DNA of 64,000 nucleotides from an uncultured Acidobacteriaceae bacterium (GTDB lineage Bacteria > Acidobacteriota > Terriglobia > Terriglobales > Acidobacteriaceae): assembly GCA_963821995.1 (NCBI GenBank), contig CAWGFZ010000001.1, positions 183,897 through 247,896 on the forward strand, given 5' to 3'. Under the pieces are notes generated by a model. That model did not search any database. It saw nothing but the letters and a program-made list of their open reading frames with translations, and was not told the origin of the DNA. A program made the position numbers and the translations under genes. Below, piece after piece: positions 47,001 through 56,152 of the stretch (the first letter of the stretch is position 1; each line of letters opens with the position of its first letter).

Positions 47001-47338
47001 CGCCTGGCCTGAGGCTTCAACAGGCGCCGCTCGTTCTGGATGTCCTGCTGCAGCGATGCGCCCTTGGGACAAAGCGTACCGCGGTTGATCGGGTGATCGG
47101 GATCGCCCTCCACATGCACCACCTGAGGCGTTACGTTCTTCGCCTTATCGCCGATGGTGTGGATGATGACGCCGCAACTCACCGAACAATACGGGCACGT
47201 GCTGCGCGTCTCCGTCGTACGCGAGATTTTCAGGCTATCGGCTTGTGCCAGAATAGGCCGTGCATCGAAACCGAAGACCGTGATCCCCACTGTGCCGGCG
47301 ATGCCGGTCTTGAAGAATGCTCGTCTAGAAACGTCCAT
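44054..47338 (-). CDS. fdnG: Formate dehydrogenase-N alpha subunit, selenocysteine-containing (in-frame TGA at 46759-46757), Tat-exported
   Basis: Track ORFs 46757-47338 and 44054-46735 are one frame. The sequence reads ...VVRLENQARV-TGA-HGPTVSSLGPTFGRGAMTNGWIDIKNADMMLIMGGNPAENHPCGF, matching the E. coli FdnG context ENQARV-U-HGPTV.SL.PTFGRGAMTN.W.DIKN. N-terminal twin-arginine signal MDVSRRAFFKTG and the CPYCSVSCG Fe-S motif. Confidence 0.92.
46728..46745 (-). promoter_or_regulatory. Candidate bacterial SECIS hairpin for fdnG
   Basis: mRNA GGUCUC-AAGUUU-GGGACC (6 bp including one G-U pair) begins 11 nt after the UGA. It can be extended by GCCCC/GGGGC outer pairing. Confidence 0.55.
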
Positions 47339-47585
47339 GCGGACCTCCAGCGCGAACGACGATTGTCAGAAAAACTAAAGTTTGCTGGTAAGAAGCGGCG
47401 TAATCGACACGCCGGGCAGAGGGAGCGGGAAAGAAGTGTAGATTGATGTTTCTCATGTCGTCAGCCGCCGGAGACGGGGCTACGAACTCGCATCTTGTTT
47501 GCCAAACCCGTAGGAGATTACACCGGCGCACGGCGGAGGGTCAATGCGAAAATGCACCGCGCCCGGCTGGAGATTGGAAAGAAAT

Positions 47586-48419
47586 TTAGAAGCCCATCAG
47601 GTTGGGCTGGATCTTGCGATAGCCTTGGCCGGCGGCCCAGACGTCCAGGGCAATGGTGGCGATTTCGTCCACCTCGGGGACCATAAGTCCGTCGACCGTC
47701 AGGTCAAAGGACTTCAGATAATACTTGCAGGTTTCGCAAGCCTCCACGCGCACGCCAATTGGATCATCCGGCGAATAGCGTGGGAGCTTCGTATGGTCCA
47801 CCTCGCCGCAAAGCGGGCAAAGCACTCTTCGAAACTCCCATTCCGTCAAACAGAACGAGCATGCAAGATGCCGCTTGCCGCCATCGCCCTCCGGCCGGAG
47901 CACGGCGAGTTGCGGCTTACTACAGCACACAGGACAGCTTGACCCGAAGGCTTCTGGAGGCAGGGAACATTGCGATGACAGGAACTCTGCGCAGGGCTGC
48001 AGCGCCACTCGGGCAAATAATGACTCAGCCTCGCTCAGGGAAAGCTGAGCTGCTTGCAGGAATTCAGTCAACACATGCCGTTGCTGCGATGCACCGGCAG
48101 TTGCGACTCGCTCAGCCTCGACGGCGAGCTTGGCGGGACCATGATCTCTGACCCTCTGCAGCACGGCCGGCAACCACTCCATGGCGAAAGCGACGTCCAA
48201 TTGCTGCAGGAAGGAAGGTCCAGGCTGCGGCACTTGAGTTGCGCGAACGGATGCCTCTTCGTAGATGCGCCGCTGCAAGGCAAGTACGTGCTGCAAGAAG
48301 TTGAGCACCTCGGAGGTGGCCGGTTCACGTTCCCGCAATTCGACTGCCCGTCGAATACGCTTCTCCCAATTGACTTTGTGTATACGATGATTGGCGGCCG
48401 AAGACATGCCCGTCATCAT
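47586..48419 (-). CDS. fdhE: Formate dehydrogenase accessory protein FdhE
   Basis: 277 aa; four CxxC pairs (CPVCCS, CSFCLTEW, CPLCGE, CETCKYYLK), typical of FdhE. Lies upstream of fdnGHI on the same strand. Confidence 0.85.
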   Translation of the reverse strand: MMTGMSSAANHRIHKVNWEKRIRRAVELREREPATSEVLNFLQHVLALQRRIYEEASVRATQVPQPGPSFLQQLDVAFAMEWLPAVLQRVRDHGPAKLAVEAERVATAGASQQRHVLTEFLQAAQLSLSEAESLFARVALQPCAEFLSSQCSLPPEAFGSSCPVCCSKPQLAVLRPEGDGGKRHLACSFCLTEWEFRRVLCPLCGEVDHTKLPRYSPDDPIGVRVEACETCKYYLKSFDLTVDGLMVPEVDEIATIALDVWAAGQGYRKIQPNLMGF

Positions 48420-48490
48420 AGCAGCCGTGACTTGGCCGTTCTTCGCTAGTGTCCCGAATTAGAAATTCGTTTCATAAGCCTGGGATTTGG

Positions 48491-48551
48491 GTCAGGGCAC
48501 GGCTTCAGCCATGCCGAAACGCGCACCGCAAGAAAACATGGCCTTTAGGCC
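48491..48551. repeat. REP-like hairpin modules
   Basis: GTCAGGGCACGGCTTCAGCCATGCCGAAACGCGCACC (compare 43861-43897) and GGCCTTTAGGCC. Confidence 0.65.
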
Positions 48552-48636
48552 CTGCGGTGAAAGTCGAAGTCCCCAAAGAGTTCGTAAAGGAATCTGTGAT
48601 TCAACACTCTAGAGCCGAATGCCTTGCGGCTGGTAC

Positions 48637-49359
48637 TCAGATTGACTGCACCGGCAGAGTTAGCAGATCGTCAACCAGTCCGACCTCCTTTTGCACAAAC
48701 GGCTCAGCATAACGCACTCCGGCGAGCAGGCCGTAACAACCTGCCATCGCGGCGATCCGCTCGCGAATTTCCGCGCGCTGTGGGAAGAGACCGCTGCCTG
48801 CGTCCTGGTCTTCATATTGCGAGCGGTAAGCCATCAGCGCGTCAAATCGCGTTTCGAACTGGGCAGAGATGTCGATTACAAATGTCGGACGCACATCGGC
48901 GTAAAGGCTGGCATAAACAACCTTGTACGGGCGATGCGGCGGCAGGCCGAGATCTAATTTCGCGAGTCCGGCGAGAAATGCAGCCTCGTAACCGAGCGGC
49001 GATGCGATGGCATGATCAGGATGGCGTGCCTGCCAGTACGGCAGAATCAGGACGCGCGGACGAAGCTGCCGAATGACGCGCGCGAGCTTCAGCCGGTTCT
49101 CGTACGTGTTCTCGACGCGGCCGTCGGGAATGTCGAGCGCACGCCGCCAGCCGACCTTCAGAATACGAGCAGCTTCGTCCGCTTCGCGGGCGCGATCTTC
49201 TACCGTGCCGCGCGTACCCATCTCGCCCTGCGTGAGGTCGAGAATGGCTGTGCGATGGCCGCGCTCGGCCATCTTTAGCAGCGTACCGCCGCAGGTCTGC
49301 TCGACATCGTCGCGATGTGCGGCAATGGCCAAAATGTCGGCACAGTAGTCTTCCGGCAT
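48637..49359 (-). CDS. bshB1: PIG-L family deacetylase, BshB1-like (bacillithiol biosynthesis)
   Basis: 240 aa; ILAIAAHRDDVE...GGTL......G....I.DLT.GE.GTRG and HPDH motifs. Confidence 0.7.
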   Translation of the reverse strand: MPEDYCADILAIAAHRDDVEQTCGGTLLKMAERGHRTAILDLTQGEMGTRGTVEDRAREADEAARILKVGWRRALDIPDGRVENTYENRLKLARVIRQLRPRVLILPYWQARHPDHAIASPLGYEAAFLAGLAKLDLGLPPHRPYKVVYASLYADVRPTFVIDISAQFETRFDALMAYRSQYEDQDAGSGLFPQRAEIRERIAAMAGCYGLLAGVRYAEPFVQKEVGLVDDLLTLPVQSI

Positions 49360-49365
49360 TTGCCC

Positions 49366-50022
49366 CTAAAGCCTAACCGCGACGGTCACCCCATCGCGCA
49401 GCGGAATGATCGTGGTGAACCAATCGGGTGAAGCATAGAGCAACCTGTTGAATTCGACTATTGCCTCAGTCAGGCGGTCGGGCTCTCCCTTCGGCAATTC
49501 TGGATTCCCGGCGGCGTAGGCTACCCGGCCCTTCCACAAAGTATTGTCCGTGATGAAGAGACCGCCCTTGCGTACACGCGCTGCGGCCATCTGGAAGACG
49601 CGCGGATAATCCTGCTTGTCCACGTCGCAGAAAAGAACGTCGAACTGCTCTTTGCGCTCGGAAAGCAGTTCGAGCGCATCGCCGATGTGAACTTCAATGC
49701 GATTGGCGACTCCCGCCTGCTCAAAATACTGGCGGGCTTCATCGGCGTTCTTTCTGCTGCCATCGGTATAGCTAACTTTGCCGTTTGCGCCTACCGCCTT
49801 TGCCCACCATATCGTGGAGTATCCAATTGCTGATCCCATCTCGAAGACGGTCTTAGCATTGATGAGCGTGGCGTATTGGTACAGCACACGTCCCACCGCC
49901 GGACCGACGATTGGGATGTCGCGCTGCTTCGCCTGGCGCTCCATCTCCAGCAGCACCGGTTCCCGGGGTGGCAGCACGGCGTAAACGTAATTTTCTATCG
50001 GTTCGTAGGTTATGTTGGGCAT
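49366..50022 (-). CDS. Class I SAM-dependent O-methyltransferase (caffeoyl-CoA OMT-like family 3)
   Basis: 218 aa; VFEMGSAIGYSTIWWA (motif I), FDVLFCDVDK.DY, GGL...DN.LW.G.V. Confidence 0.75.
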   Translation of the reverse strand: MPNITYEPIENYVYAVLPPREPVLLEMERQAKQRDIPIVGPAVGRVLYQYATLINAKTVFEMGSAIGYSTIWWAKAVGANGKVSYTDGSRKNADEARQYFEQAGVANRIEVHIGDALELLSERKEQFDVLFCDVDKQDYPRVFQMAAARVRKGGLFITDNTLWKGRVAYAAGNPELPKGEPDRLTEAIVEFNRLLYASPDWFTTIIPLRDGVTVAVRL

Positions 50023-50035
50023 AGAAGTAGCGTCC

Positions 50036-50512
50036 GCACTCAGCAGTCAGCACTCAGCAACTAGCACTCGGCACTTCGCACCGGCATTAGCACTGTGCAC
50101 TTAGCACCTGGCACTTAGCATTTAGCACTTAGAACGTACTGAGCCTCTAGCAAGCTACTGAAAACCTCGGCATTCTACGTCGTTCAGGTAGAGCCGGCCT
50201 TCAGGCCAGCGTCTAGGCCCTTTATATTTGTCATCCCGAGGCGGCTTCAGCCGTCGAGGGATCTGCTGTTCCGACTTTGCCAGCGGCCTGCTAAATGCCA
50301 GCGTTTGACAATCTCGCCGAATACGCCCTCAACGTTGTTATTGCAAGATTGTCATCACGAGCGCAGCGAGGGATCTGCGTTCCTTTCGAGTTCCGAAAAA
50401 CATTCCTCGCTCCCAAAACCTTGGTAATTACAACTTATCTCATAAATCGCTTTGTAACAGGGCACGACTTATGAGATAGCTAGTTGCTAATTGCTAGTCG
50501 CGAGTTGCTTTC
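50036..50512. repeat. Nested repeat block: heptamer-tandem arms enclosing REP/MITE modules
   Basis: 50036-50133 is a run of degenerate GCACTNA/GCACTCA heptamers. 50479-50508 (GCTAGTTGCTAATTGCTAGTCGCGAGTTGC) has the complementary polarity. Between them lie GGTAGAGCCGGCCTTCAGGCCAGCGTCTA (50187-215), GTCATCCCGAGGCGGCTTCAGCCGTCGAGGGATCTGC (50230-66), GTCATCACGAGCGCAGCGAGGGATCTGC (50351-78) and the inverted repeat TGACAATCT/AGATTGTCA. Confidence 0.75.
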
Positions 50513-51217
50513 TTACAGCGTCTCTCCCGGCTTCATCTCCAGCACCTCCGGCCCGCCGCTTCCCAGCAGTTTTTTCAGCTCCGCAGGCGTGCCGGTCAGC
50601 ATTGGAAAGGTTCCAAAGTGCATCGGGATGACCGTCTTCGGCCGCAGCAGATTGCAGGCGTATGCCGCTTCGCGTGGGCCCATGGTGAAGTGATCACCAA
50701 TGGGCAACAGCGCAATCTCGGGCGCGTATAACTCGCGAATGATCTGCATATCCCCGAAGACCGCGGTGTCACCGGCATGGTAGAGCTTAACGCCGCCGGG
50801 CAGCTCCAGCACATAACCGCAAGCCTCGCCGCCATAGACGATGCTGCCGTCGTCGTCCTGAATCCCGCAGGAGTGTACGGCGTTCACCATCGTGACCTTT
50901 ACGCCGGCAATGGTTTGCGTGCCGCCTTTGTTCATCGGCGATATCTGTTTGGCGCCCTTTTTCTCCATCCAGCCGCAAAGCTCAAAAATGCCGACGACCG
51001 TCGGATTGAGCTGCTTGGCGATTCGCACCGCATCCCCGATGTGGTCAAAGTGGCCATGCGTGCAAAGCAGCACGTCGCATTTCTTTACGTCTTTCTCATT
51101 CTCGGGACAGAGCGGATTGCTCAACCAGGGATCGACGTACACGACGACTCCGTCTGCTGTCTCAATGCGAAACGTCGCGTGTCCCAGCCATGTCAGGCGA
51201 TTTCCCTGCAGGTTCAT
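50513..51217 (-). CDS. Metallo-beta-lactamase-fold metal-dependent hydrolase (UPF0173 type)
   Basis: LTWLGHATFRIE, LLCTHGHFDHIGD (the HxHxDH motif), and HAGDT. Start taken at ATG 51217 (GAGGAAG RBS). Confidence 0.8.
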   Translation of the reverse strand: MNLQGNRLTWLGHATFRIETADGVVVYVDPWLSNPLCPENEKDVKKCDVLLCTHGHFDHIGDAVRIAKQLNPTVVGIFELCGWMEKKGAKQISPMNKGGTQTIAGVKVTMVNAVHSCGIQDDDGSIVYGGEACGYVLELPGGVKLYHAGDTAVFGDMQIIRELYAPEIALLPIGDHFTMGPREAAYACNLLRPKTVIPMHFGTFPMLTGTPAELKKLLGSGGPEVLEMKPGETL

Positions 51218-51264
51218 GTCTTCCTCATGCAAATTGAATCCACGGAGTTAGAGCGAAGCAAGAG

Positions 51265-51621
51265 CTACTGGGTTTGCGAGTCGCGCCAACGTTTGTATCC
51301 GCCGGCCAGCGAGATGACATTGCGAAAACCCATTTTCTTCAAATTGACGGCGGCAAGAGCAGAGCGATTACCACCACCGCAGTAAAGCACCAGTTTGCGG
51401 TCCTTATCGGTGGTGATTTGCTCGATGTTGACCTCCAGAATACCGCGCGGCATTGCGACAGCGCCGGGTATGTTTCCCTTGGCGTGTTCGTCGCGCTCGC
51501 GTACATCGACGAGAATGAAATCCTCGCCCGACTGCTGCATCTGTTTCAGTTGGTCCGGGCTGATCTCGGTGATCTGCGCGCGGGCTTCGTCCACCAGTTG
51601 CTTGAACTCAGGCAAAGGCAT
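51265..51621 (-). CDS. Rhodanese-like sulfurtransferase domain protein
   Basis: 118 aa; FILVDVRE..E...G.IPGA, with the active-site loop LYCGGGNRSALAA. Confidence 0.85.
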   Translation of the reverse strand: MPLPEFKQLVDEARAQITEISPDQLKQMQQSGEDFILVDVRERDEHAKGNIPGAVAMPRGILEVNIEQITTDKDRKLVLYCGGGNRSALAAVNLKKMGFRNVISLAGGYKRWRDSQTQ

Positions 51622-51724
51622 CGCACACCTCTCTCGCAGGGATGAATTCTATTGGGAGATGAGGATACGCCGCAAGTTGTGGATGCGAGTTGAGTCCGGC
51701 CACTCGTTGAAAGCGGCTGTTATC

Positions 51725-53515
51725 ATGAGTGCCAAGAGTTCCTGCGCAATGTCATCCGTCTCCGCACAACCGCTGGTGTCCTCGACGCTCGACTCCTACC
51801 TGCTGGAAGTTGCCGACGCCGTAAACACCACGCTGGACTTGAACACCCTGCTGCAGCGTGTAGCCGAGATGCTGAAGCGCTTCATCGACTATGAGATCTT
51901 TGCCATCCTGTTGCTGAACGAAAAAACACAGGAGCTGCGAGTACGGTTCCAGGTCGGCCATCCGCCCGAAGTGGCCGAGCGGATACGAATCAAAGTAGGG
52001 CAAGGTGTCACCGGTCAGGCGGTGCAGCGCCGCGAAGCCGTCCTGGTAAACGATGTCGCCGCGGAACAAAACTTCATTAATTCCGCGCCCGGGGTACGCT
52101 CCGAGCTGGCCGTTCCGCTGATCGTCAAGAATAAAGTTATCGGCGTGATCGATGTCGAAGCCGACCAGCCGGGAGCCTTCACGGAAGAGCACAAGCGGCT
52201 GATGACGCTGTTCGCCTCGCGCATCGCGGTCGGAATCGAGAACGCTCGCCTGTACACTCGCGTGGCGCGGCAGGCGCGGCAGCTCACGCTACTCACCGAG
52301 ATTAGCCGCGAACTGACGTCCATACTGAATGTCGATCAGTTGCTGAGGCGCATTGCCGACCTGCTGACCCGCATCATCGACTACCAGATGTTTTCGATCT
52401 TGCTGCTCGATCCCAGCGGGGCGGTTTTGCAACACCGCTTCTCCTTGCGCTTCAAAGAAAGCGTGCAATTGAAGCACGAGATTCCATTGGGGCGCGGTCT
52501 TGTTGGTTACGCCGCTGAGCACGGCGAGGCGGTGTTGGCACCCGACGTCAGCAAAGATCCCCGCTACATTTCCGCGAATCCGGAAACGCGCTCCGAGCTC
52601 GTCATGCCCCTGATGTATAAAGACAAGGTGATCGGCGTGCTTGATATCGAGCACACACGACGCGGCTATTTCAACGAAGATCACGTCCGCATCATGACCA
52701 CCATGGCCGCGCAGGTCGCCATCGCGATTGAGAACGCGACCTTGTACGAGCGCATTGCCCGCCAGGAAAAAGCGCTGGAGCAGGATTTGGCGCTCGCTCG
52801 CGAGCTGCAGTTCCGGCTGCTGCCGCAAAAGTTGCCGGTCTTCAAGAATGCCGAGGTCGCTTCACTGTTCGTGCCTGCTCGCCAGATCGGCGGAGACCTC
52901 TATGACTTTTTGAAGTACAGCGGACATGGCGTAACCGGAATTGCCGTGGGCGACGTGAGCGGCAAGGGCGCGCCGGCTGCGATCTACGCCGCGCTGGTCA
53001 GCGGAGTACTTCGTTCACATGCGATGGAAGAACCAGACGCTGCAGGCATGCTGGAAGCAGTCAATCTGTCGCTGGCCGAGCGTCCCATCGACGGGCAGTA
53101 CGTCTCGATGATCTATGCGATCTGGCACGATGATGAACGGCGGCTGCAGCTCGCCAACTCGGGGCTGCCGCGGCCAATTCATTGTCACGATGGCAAGGCT
53201 AAGGAAATCGAGGCCACCGGGCTGCCGATCGGGCTCTTTCCCACAGCTACTTATGACGAGTTCACTCTCCGCGCGACCCCCGGCGACGTATTTCTCTTCT
53301 TCAGCGACGGAATTCTGGATGCCACCAGCTCGAAGGGGGAAATGTTCGGGCGCACGCGTCTGGCGCAAGTCGCGCAGGCCAAGGTGCATCTCGGCGCGCA
53401 GGAACTGGTGGACGCGATCTTCACCGCTGTTTCCAGTCATGCTGAGGCCGTGGAAGCGTTCGACGATCAGACCATCGTTGCCCTGAAGGTGAAAGGACCT
53501 GCTGCCAGGAAGTGA
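51725..53515 (+). CDS. GAF-GAF-PP2C (SpoIIE-family) serine phosphatase
   Basis: Start at ATG 51725. Two GAF domains (SELAVPLIVKNKVIGVIDVE; SELVMPLMYKDKVIGVLDIE), then a PPM domain (GGDLYDF, VGDVSGKGAPAA, FSDGI.DA, DDQTIVALKV). Confidence 0.88.
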   Translation: MSAKSSCAMSSVSAQPLVSSTLDSYLLEVADAVNTTLDLNTLLQRVAEMLKRFIDYEIFAILLLNEKTQELRVRFQVGHPPEVAERIRIKVGQGVTGQAVQRREAVLVNDVAAEQNFINSAPGVRSELAVPLIVKNKVIGVIDVEADQPGAFTEEHKRLMTLFASRIAVGIENARLYTRVARQARQLTLLTEISRELTSILNVDQLLRRIADLLTRIIDYQMFSILLLDPSGAVLQHRFSLRFKESVQLKHEIPLGRGLVGYAAEHGEAVLAPDVSKDPRYISANPETRSELVMPLMYKDKVIGVLDIEHTRRGYFNEDHVRIMTTMAAQVAIAIENATLYERIARQEKALEQDLALARELQFRLLPQKLPVFKNAEVASLFVPARQIGGDLYDFLKYSGHGVTGIAVGDVSGKGAPAAIYAALVSGVLRSHAMEEPDAAGMLEAVNLSLAERPIDGQYVSMIYAIWHDDERRLQLANSGLPRPIHCHDGKAKEIEATGLPIGLFPTATYDEFTLRATPGDVFLFFSDGILDATSSKGEMFGRTRLAQVAQAKVHLGAQELVDAIFTAVSSHAEAVEAFDDQTIVALKVKGPAARK

Positions 53516-54816
53516 AACGCCATTATCCGCAGCGCCCTCCTGGGTTCACCTACGTCAACGTTCCCGAACGCAGCGGCAATCGTGAGCTGCACGCAGAGGG
53601 CATCGCAGTTACTAAGCTGGCCATGCGATTTGGAACGCCGCTGTATGTGTACTCGAGCGCAACCATTCGCGAGCGATACATCCACTTTGACGCGGCCTTT
53701 CGCGGCTGCGAACACACGATCTGTTACTCAGTGAAGGCCAATTCCAATCTCTCCATTCTGCAGTTGCTGGGAAAGCTGGGAGGGGGATTCGACATCGTCT
53801 CCGGCGGCGAGCTGCAGCGGGTCATGGCGGCCATTCCCGGGGCTACAGGCAAAGTGGTCTTCTCCGGCGTCGGCAAGCAGGCGGAAGAAATCGATCAAGC
53901 GCTCCGGACGGGCATTCTGCTGTTCAATGTGGAGAGCGCAAGTGAACTCGAGTTGCTTGCCTCACGCGCCGCCTGTCTCCGCAAAACCGCGCCCGTTGCG
54001 GTGCGCGTGAATCCCCACGTGGAAGCAAAGACGCATCCCTACATCGCAACCGGTCTGCACAAACATAAATTCGGGGTTCCGTGGCGGGATGCGCCGGAGC
54101 TGTATCGCCGCGCAGCGAGCGTACGCTGGTTGAAGCCGATCGGCGTGAGCGTGCATATCGGCTCGCAAATCACCGATGTCGCTCCCTTCACCGAGGCAAT
54201 GAAGCGCGTGGCCGCACTGGTGCGGGCTTTGCGAGGCAACGGCTTGGAAATCCGCTATGTGGATGCCGGCGGCGGGCTGGGCATCCTCTACGATCAGAGC
54301 ACGAACGACTTTTCCGCGCGGGTTCGCAGCTATGCGAAAGCTGTGATGCAGCCGCTCAAAGACCTTGGCCTGCATCTACTGCTGGAGCCGGGACGGGCGA
54401 TTGTGGCGCCGGCCGGTGTCCTCGTCACCAAGGTTCTATATCGCAAGCGTAATGACGGCAAGCAGTTCATTGTGGTGGACGCCGCGATGAATGACCTGAT
54501 TCGTCCGTCGCTGTATAACGCCTATCATGAGATTGTGCCAGTGGCTATCGCGGCACGCCGGCAAAAGGTCGAGAAGGCCGACGTTGTCGGCCCGGTGTGC
54601 GAGAGCGGCGACTTCTTCGCGCGTGGCCGGGAGATCGCCGGCTCCGGCGATGGCAGCTTGCTAGCAATACTCGACGCCGGCGCTTACGGGATGTCGCTGG
54701 CCTCCAATTACAACAGCCGGCCGCGAGCAGCCGAGGTACTGGTGCAAGGCCGTCGTGCGCGGCTCATCCGCAGGCGAGAGTCTATCGACGATCTGCTGGC
54801 ACCAGAGCGCGTATAG
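53512..54816 (+). CDS. lysA: Diaminopimelate decarboxylase
   Basis: 434 aa; YSVKANSN (PLP lysine), GGG.G, EPGR..V, CESGD, and GAY. The GTG start overlaps the upstream stop. Confidence 0.93.
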   Translation: MKRHYPQRPPGFTYVNVPERSGNRELHAEGIAVTKLAMRFGTPLYVYSSATIRERYIHFDAAFRGCEHTICYSVKANSNLSILQLLGKLGGGFDIVSGGELQRVMAAIPGATGKVVFSGVGKQAEEIDQALRTGILLFNVESASELELLASRAACLRKTAPVAVRVNPHVEAKTHPYIATGLHKHKFGVPWRDAPELYRRAASVRWLKPIGVSVHIGSQITDVAPFTEAMKRVAALVRALRGNGLEIRYVDAGGGLGILYDQSTNDFSARVRSYAKAVMQPLKDLGLHLLLEPGRAIVAPAGVLVTKVLYRKRNDGKQFIVVDAAMNDLIRPSLYNAYHEIVPVAIAARRQKVEKADVVGPVCESGDFFARGREIAGSGDGSLLAILDAGAYGMSLASNYNSRPRAAEVLVQGRRARLIRRRESIDDLLAPERV

Positions 54817-54948
54817 GTTGGCACTTCCGTTGTCAGGTGCGACATCCACTTCCGTCGCACAGAATTAACTGTCTTGATCTCCATTATTTTGCCGATTGCG
54901 TTCATAGCCACTTTTGGCCTATGCTCACAGTCCGACTGGGGAGAGCCC

Positions 54949-55122
54949 ATGCAACCAAATCAATATGACGCAGCCACTTCCACTGCAGTCTGCCTCTGGT
55001 GTTATTCCCAATATCTGAAAAGCACAAGCCGGGCCCGTGATGGACAAAACTTCTGCTCCAAGAAGTGTGAATATGAAGCGCGCTACTGGCTGCACGAAAG
55101 CATGAAGTCCGAAGGTGACTAA
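54949..55122 (+). CDS. Small zinc-ribbon-like protein (57 aa), hypothetical
   Basis: MQPNQYDAATSTAVCLWCYSQ...FCSKKCEYEARYW has CxxC...CxxxC. GGGGAG lies 6 nt before the ATG. Weak evidence. Confidence 0.3.
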   Translation: MQPNQYDAATSTAVCLWCYSQYLKSTSRARDGQNFCSKKCEYEARYWLHESMKSEGD

Positions 55123-55152
55123 CCGGGCGCGGCATTCGCCGCGCCCTTACCT

Positions 55153-56019
55153 TTATCGCTGGCCCCATTTCAACTTGTTGCGCAAAGCATCGAAGAACGT
55201 CCGGCGCATCCGCATCAGTTGCACGTTATGTTCTGCCCGGCGGCATGCGAGCCGGTCACCCTGCTGGACGGGCATTCCCACTTGGCCATCGATGCTGAGG
55301 TAGGCTTCTTCAGCGCCCGTTTCAATCCGCAGTTCAATCTGGGCTTTGTCAGTGACGACAAGCGGACGATGCGTGAGCGCATGCGGGCACACCGGCGTCA
55401 GGACAAAAGACTGTACGCTGGGCATGAGCACGGGACCGCCGGCGGCGAGGGAGTAAGCCGTCGATCCGGTAGGTGTCGAGATGATCACGCCGTCAGCCTT
55501 GTAGCTGAAGACGTATACCCCGTCGATCAGCAGATCGAAATCCACGAGCCGCGAGATGGCGCTCTTGTTCACCACCACATCGTTTAGCGCGAAATGATGG
55601 CCGATGGTTTGACCGTCGCGAAATACCGTGCAGTCCAGCACCGAGCGCTGCTCGCTGGGACAATGCCCCGCGTCAACTGCCTCCAGCGTGGAATACATCT
55701 CCTGCAGCGGAACCTCGGTAAGAAATCCCAGCGAGCCCAAATTGACCGCCAGAATTGGCACGCCCTCATGTGCCACCGCCCGCGCGGCGGACAGCAGCGT
55801 GCCATCACCTCCCAATACCAGCGCGAAATCCGGGTGTTTGGCGCCAATTTGCGGACGGGGCACCACTTCCTCGCCGTCGGTATATTGCGCAGTTTCCTCG
55901 TCGAGATAAACCTTGTATCCATGGTGCCGGAACCATAGGAGCAAGTCGGGCAGTATCGCCGTCAACTCTGGTTTCGATGGTTTGGAAAGGATGGCCGCGG
56001 ATTTCATCGGATTGGGCAA
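55153..56019 (-). CDS. nadK: NAD(+) kinase
   Basis: 288 aa; LVLGGDGTLL, NLGSLGFLTE, STPTGSTAYSLAAGGP. Confidence 0.93.
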   Translation of the reverse strand: MPNPMKSAAILSKPSKPELTAILPDLLLWFRHHGYKVYLDEETAQYTDGEEVVPRPQIGAKHPDFALVLGGDGTLLSAARAVAHEGVPILAVNLGSLGFLTEVPLQEMYSTLEAVDAGHCPSEQRSVLDCTVFRDGQTIGHHFALNDVVVNKSAISRLVDFDLLIDGVYVFSYKADGVIISTPTGSTAYSLAAGGPVLMPSVQSFVLTPVCPHALTHRPLVVTDKAQIELRIETGAEEAYLSIDGQVGMPVQQGDRLACRRAEHNVQLMRMRRTFFDALRNKLKWGQR

Positions 56020-56152
56020 TTATTCACCAAGGAAGGCATGAAGGTCATGGGGTTGGTTCCCAACGTAAAGACACAGAGCGAGAGGCAAAGCTCTTTGCGA
56101 AATTGACATTGCGAAGCCCTGTGCCTCCCTGCTAAGACAATATTGTCGCACC

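Noticed and set aside
39345-47338. nfnAB-like genes and fdhE-fdnGHI considered as one formate-to-NADPH operon
   Set aside because: The two gene sets are convergent and separated by a 383-bp palindrome-rich spacer, so they are not co-transcribed. Any functional link is speculation.
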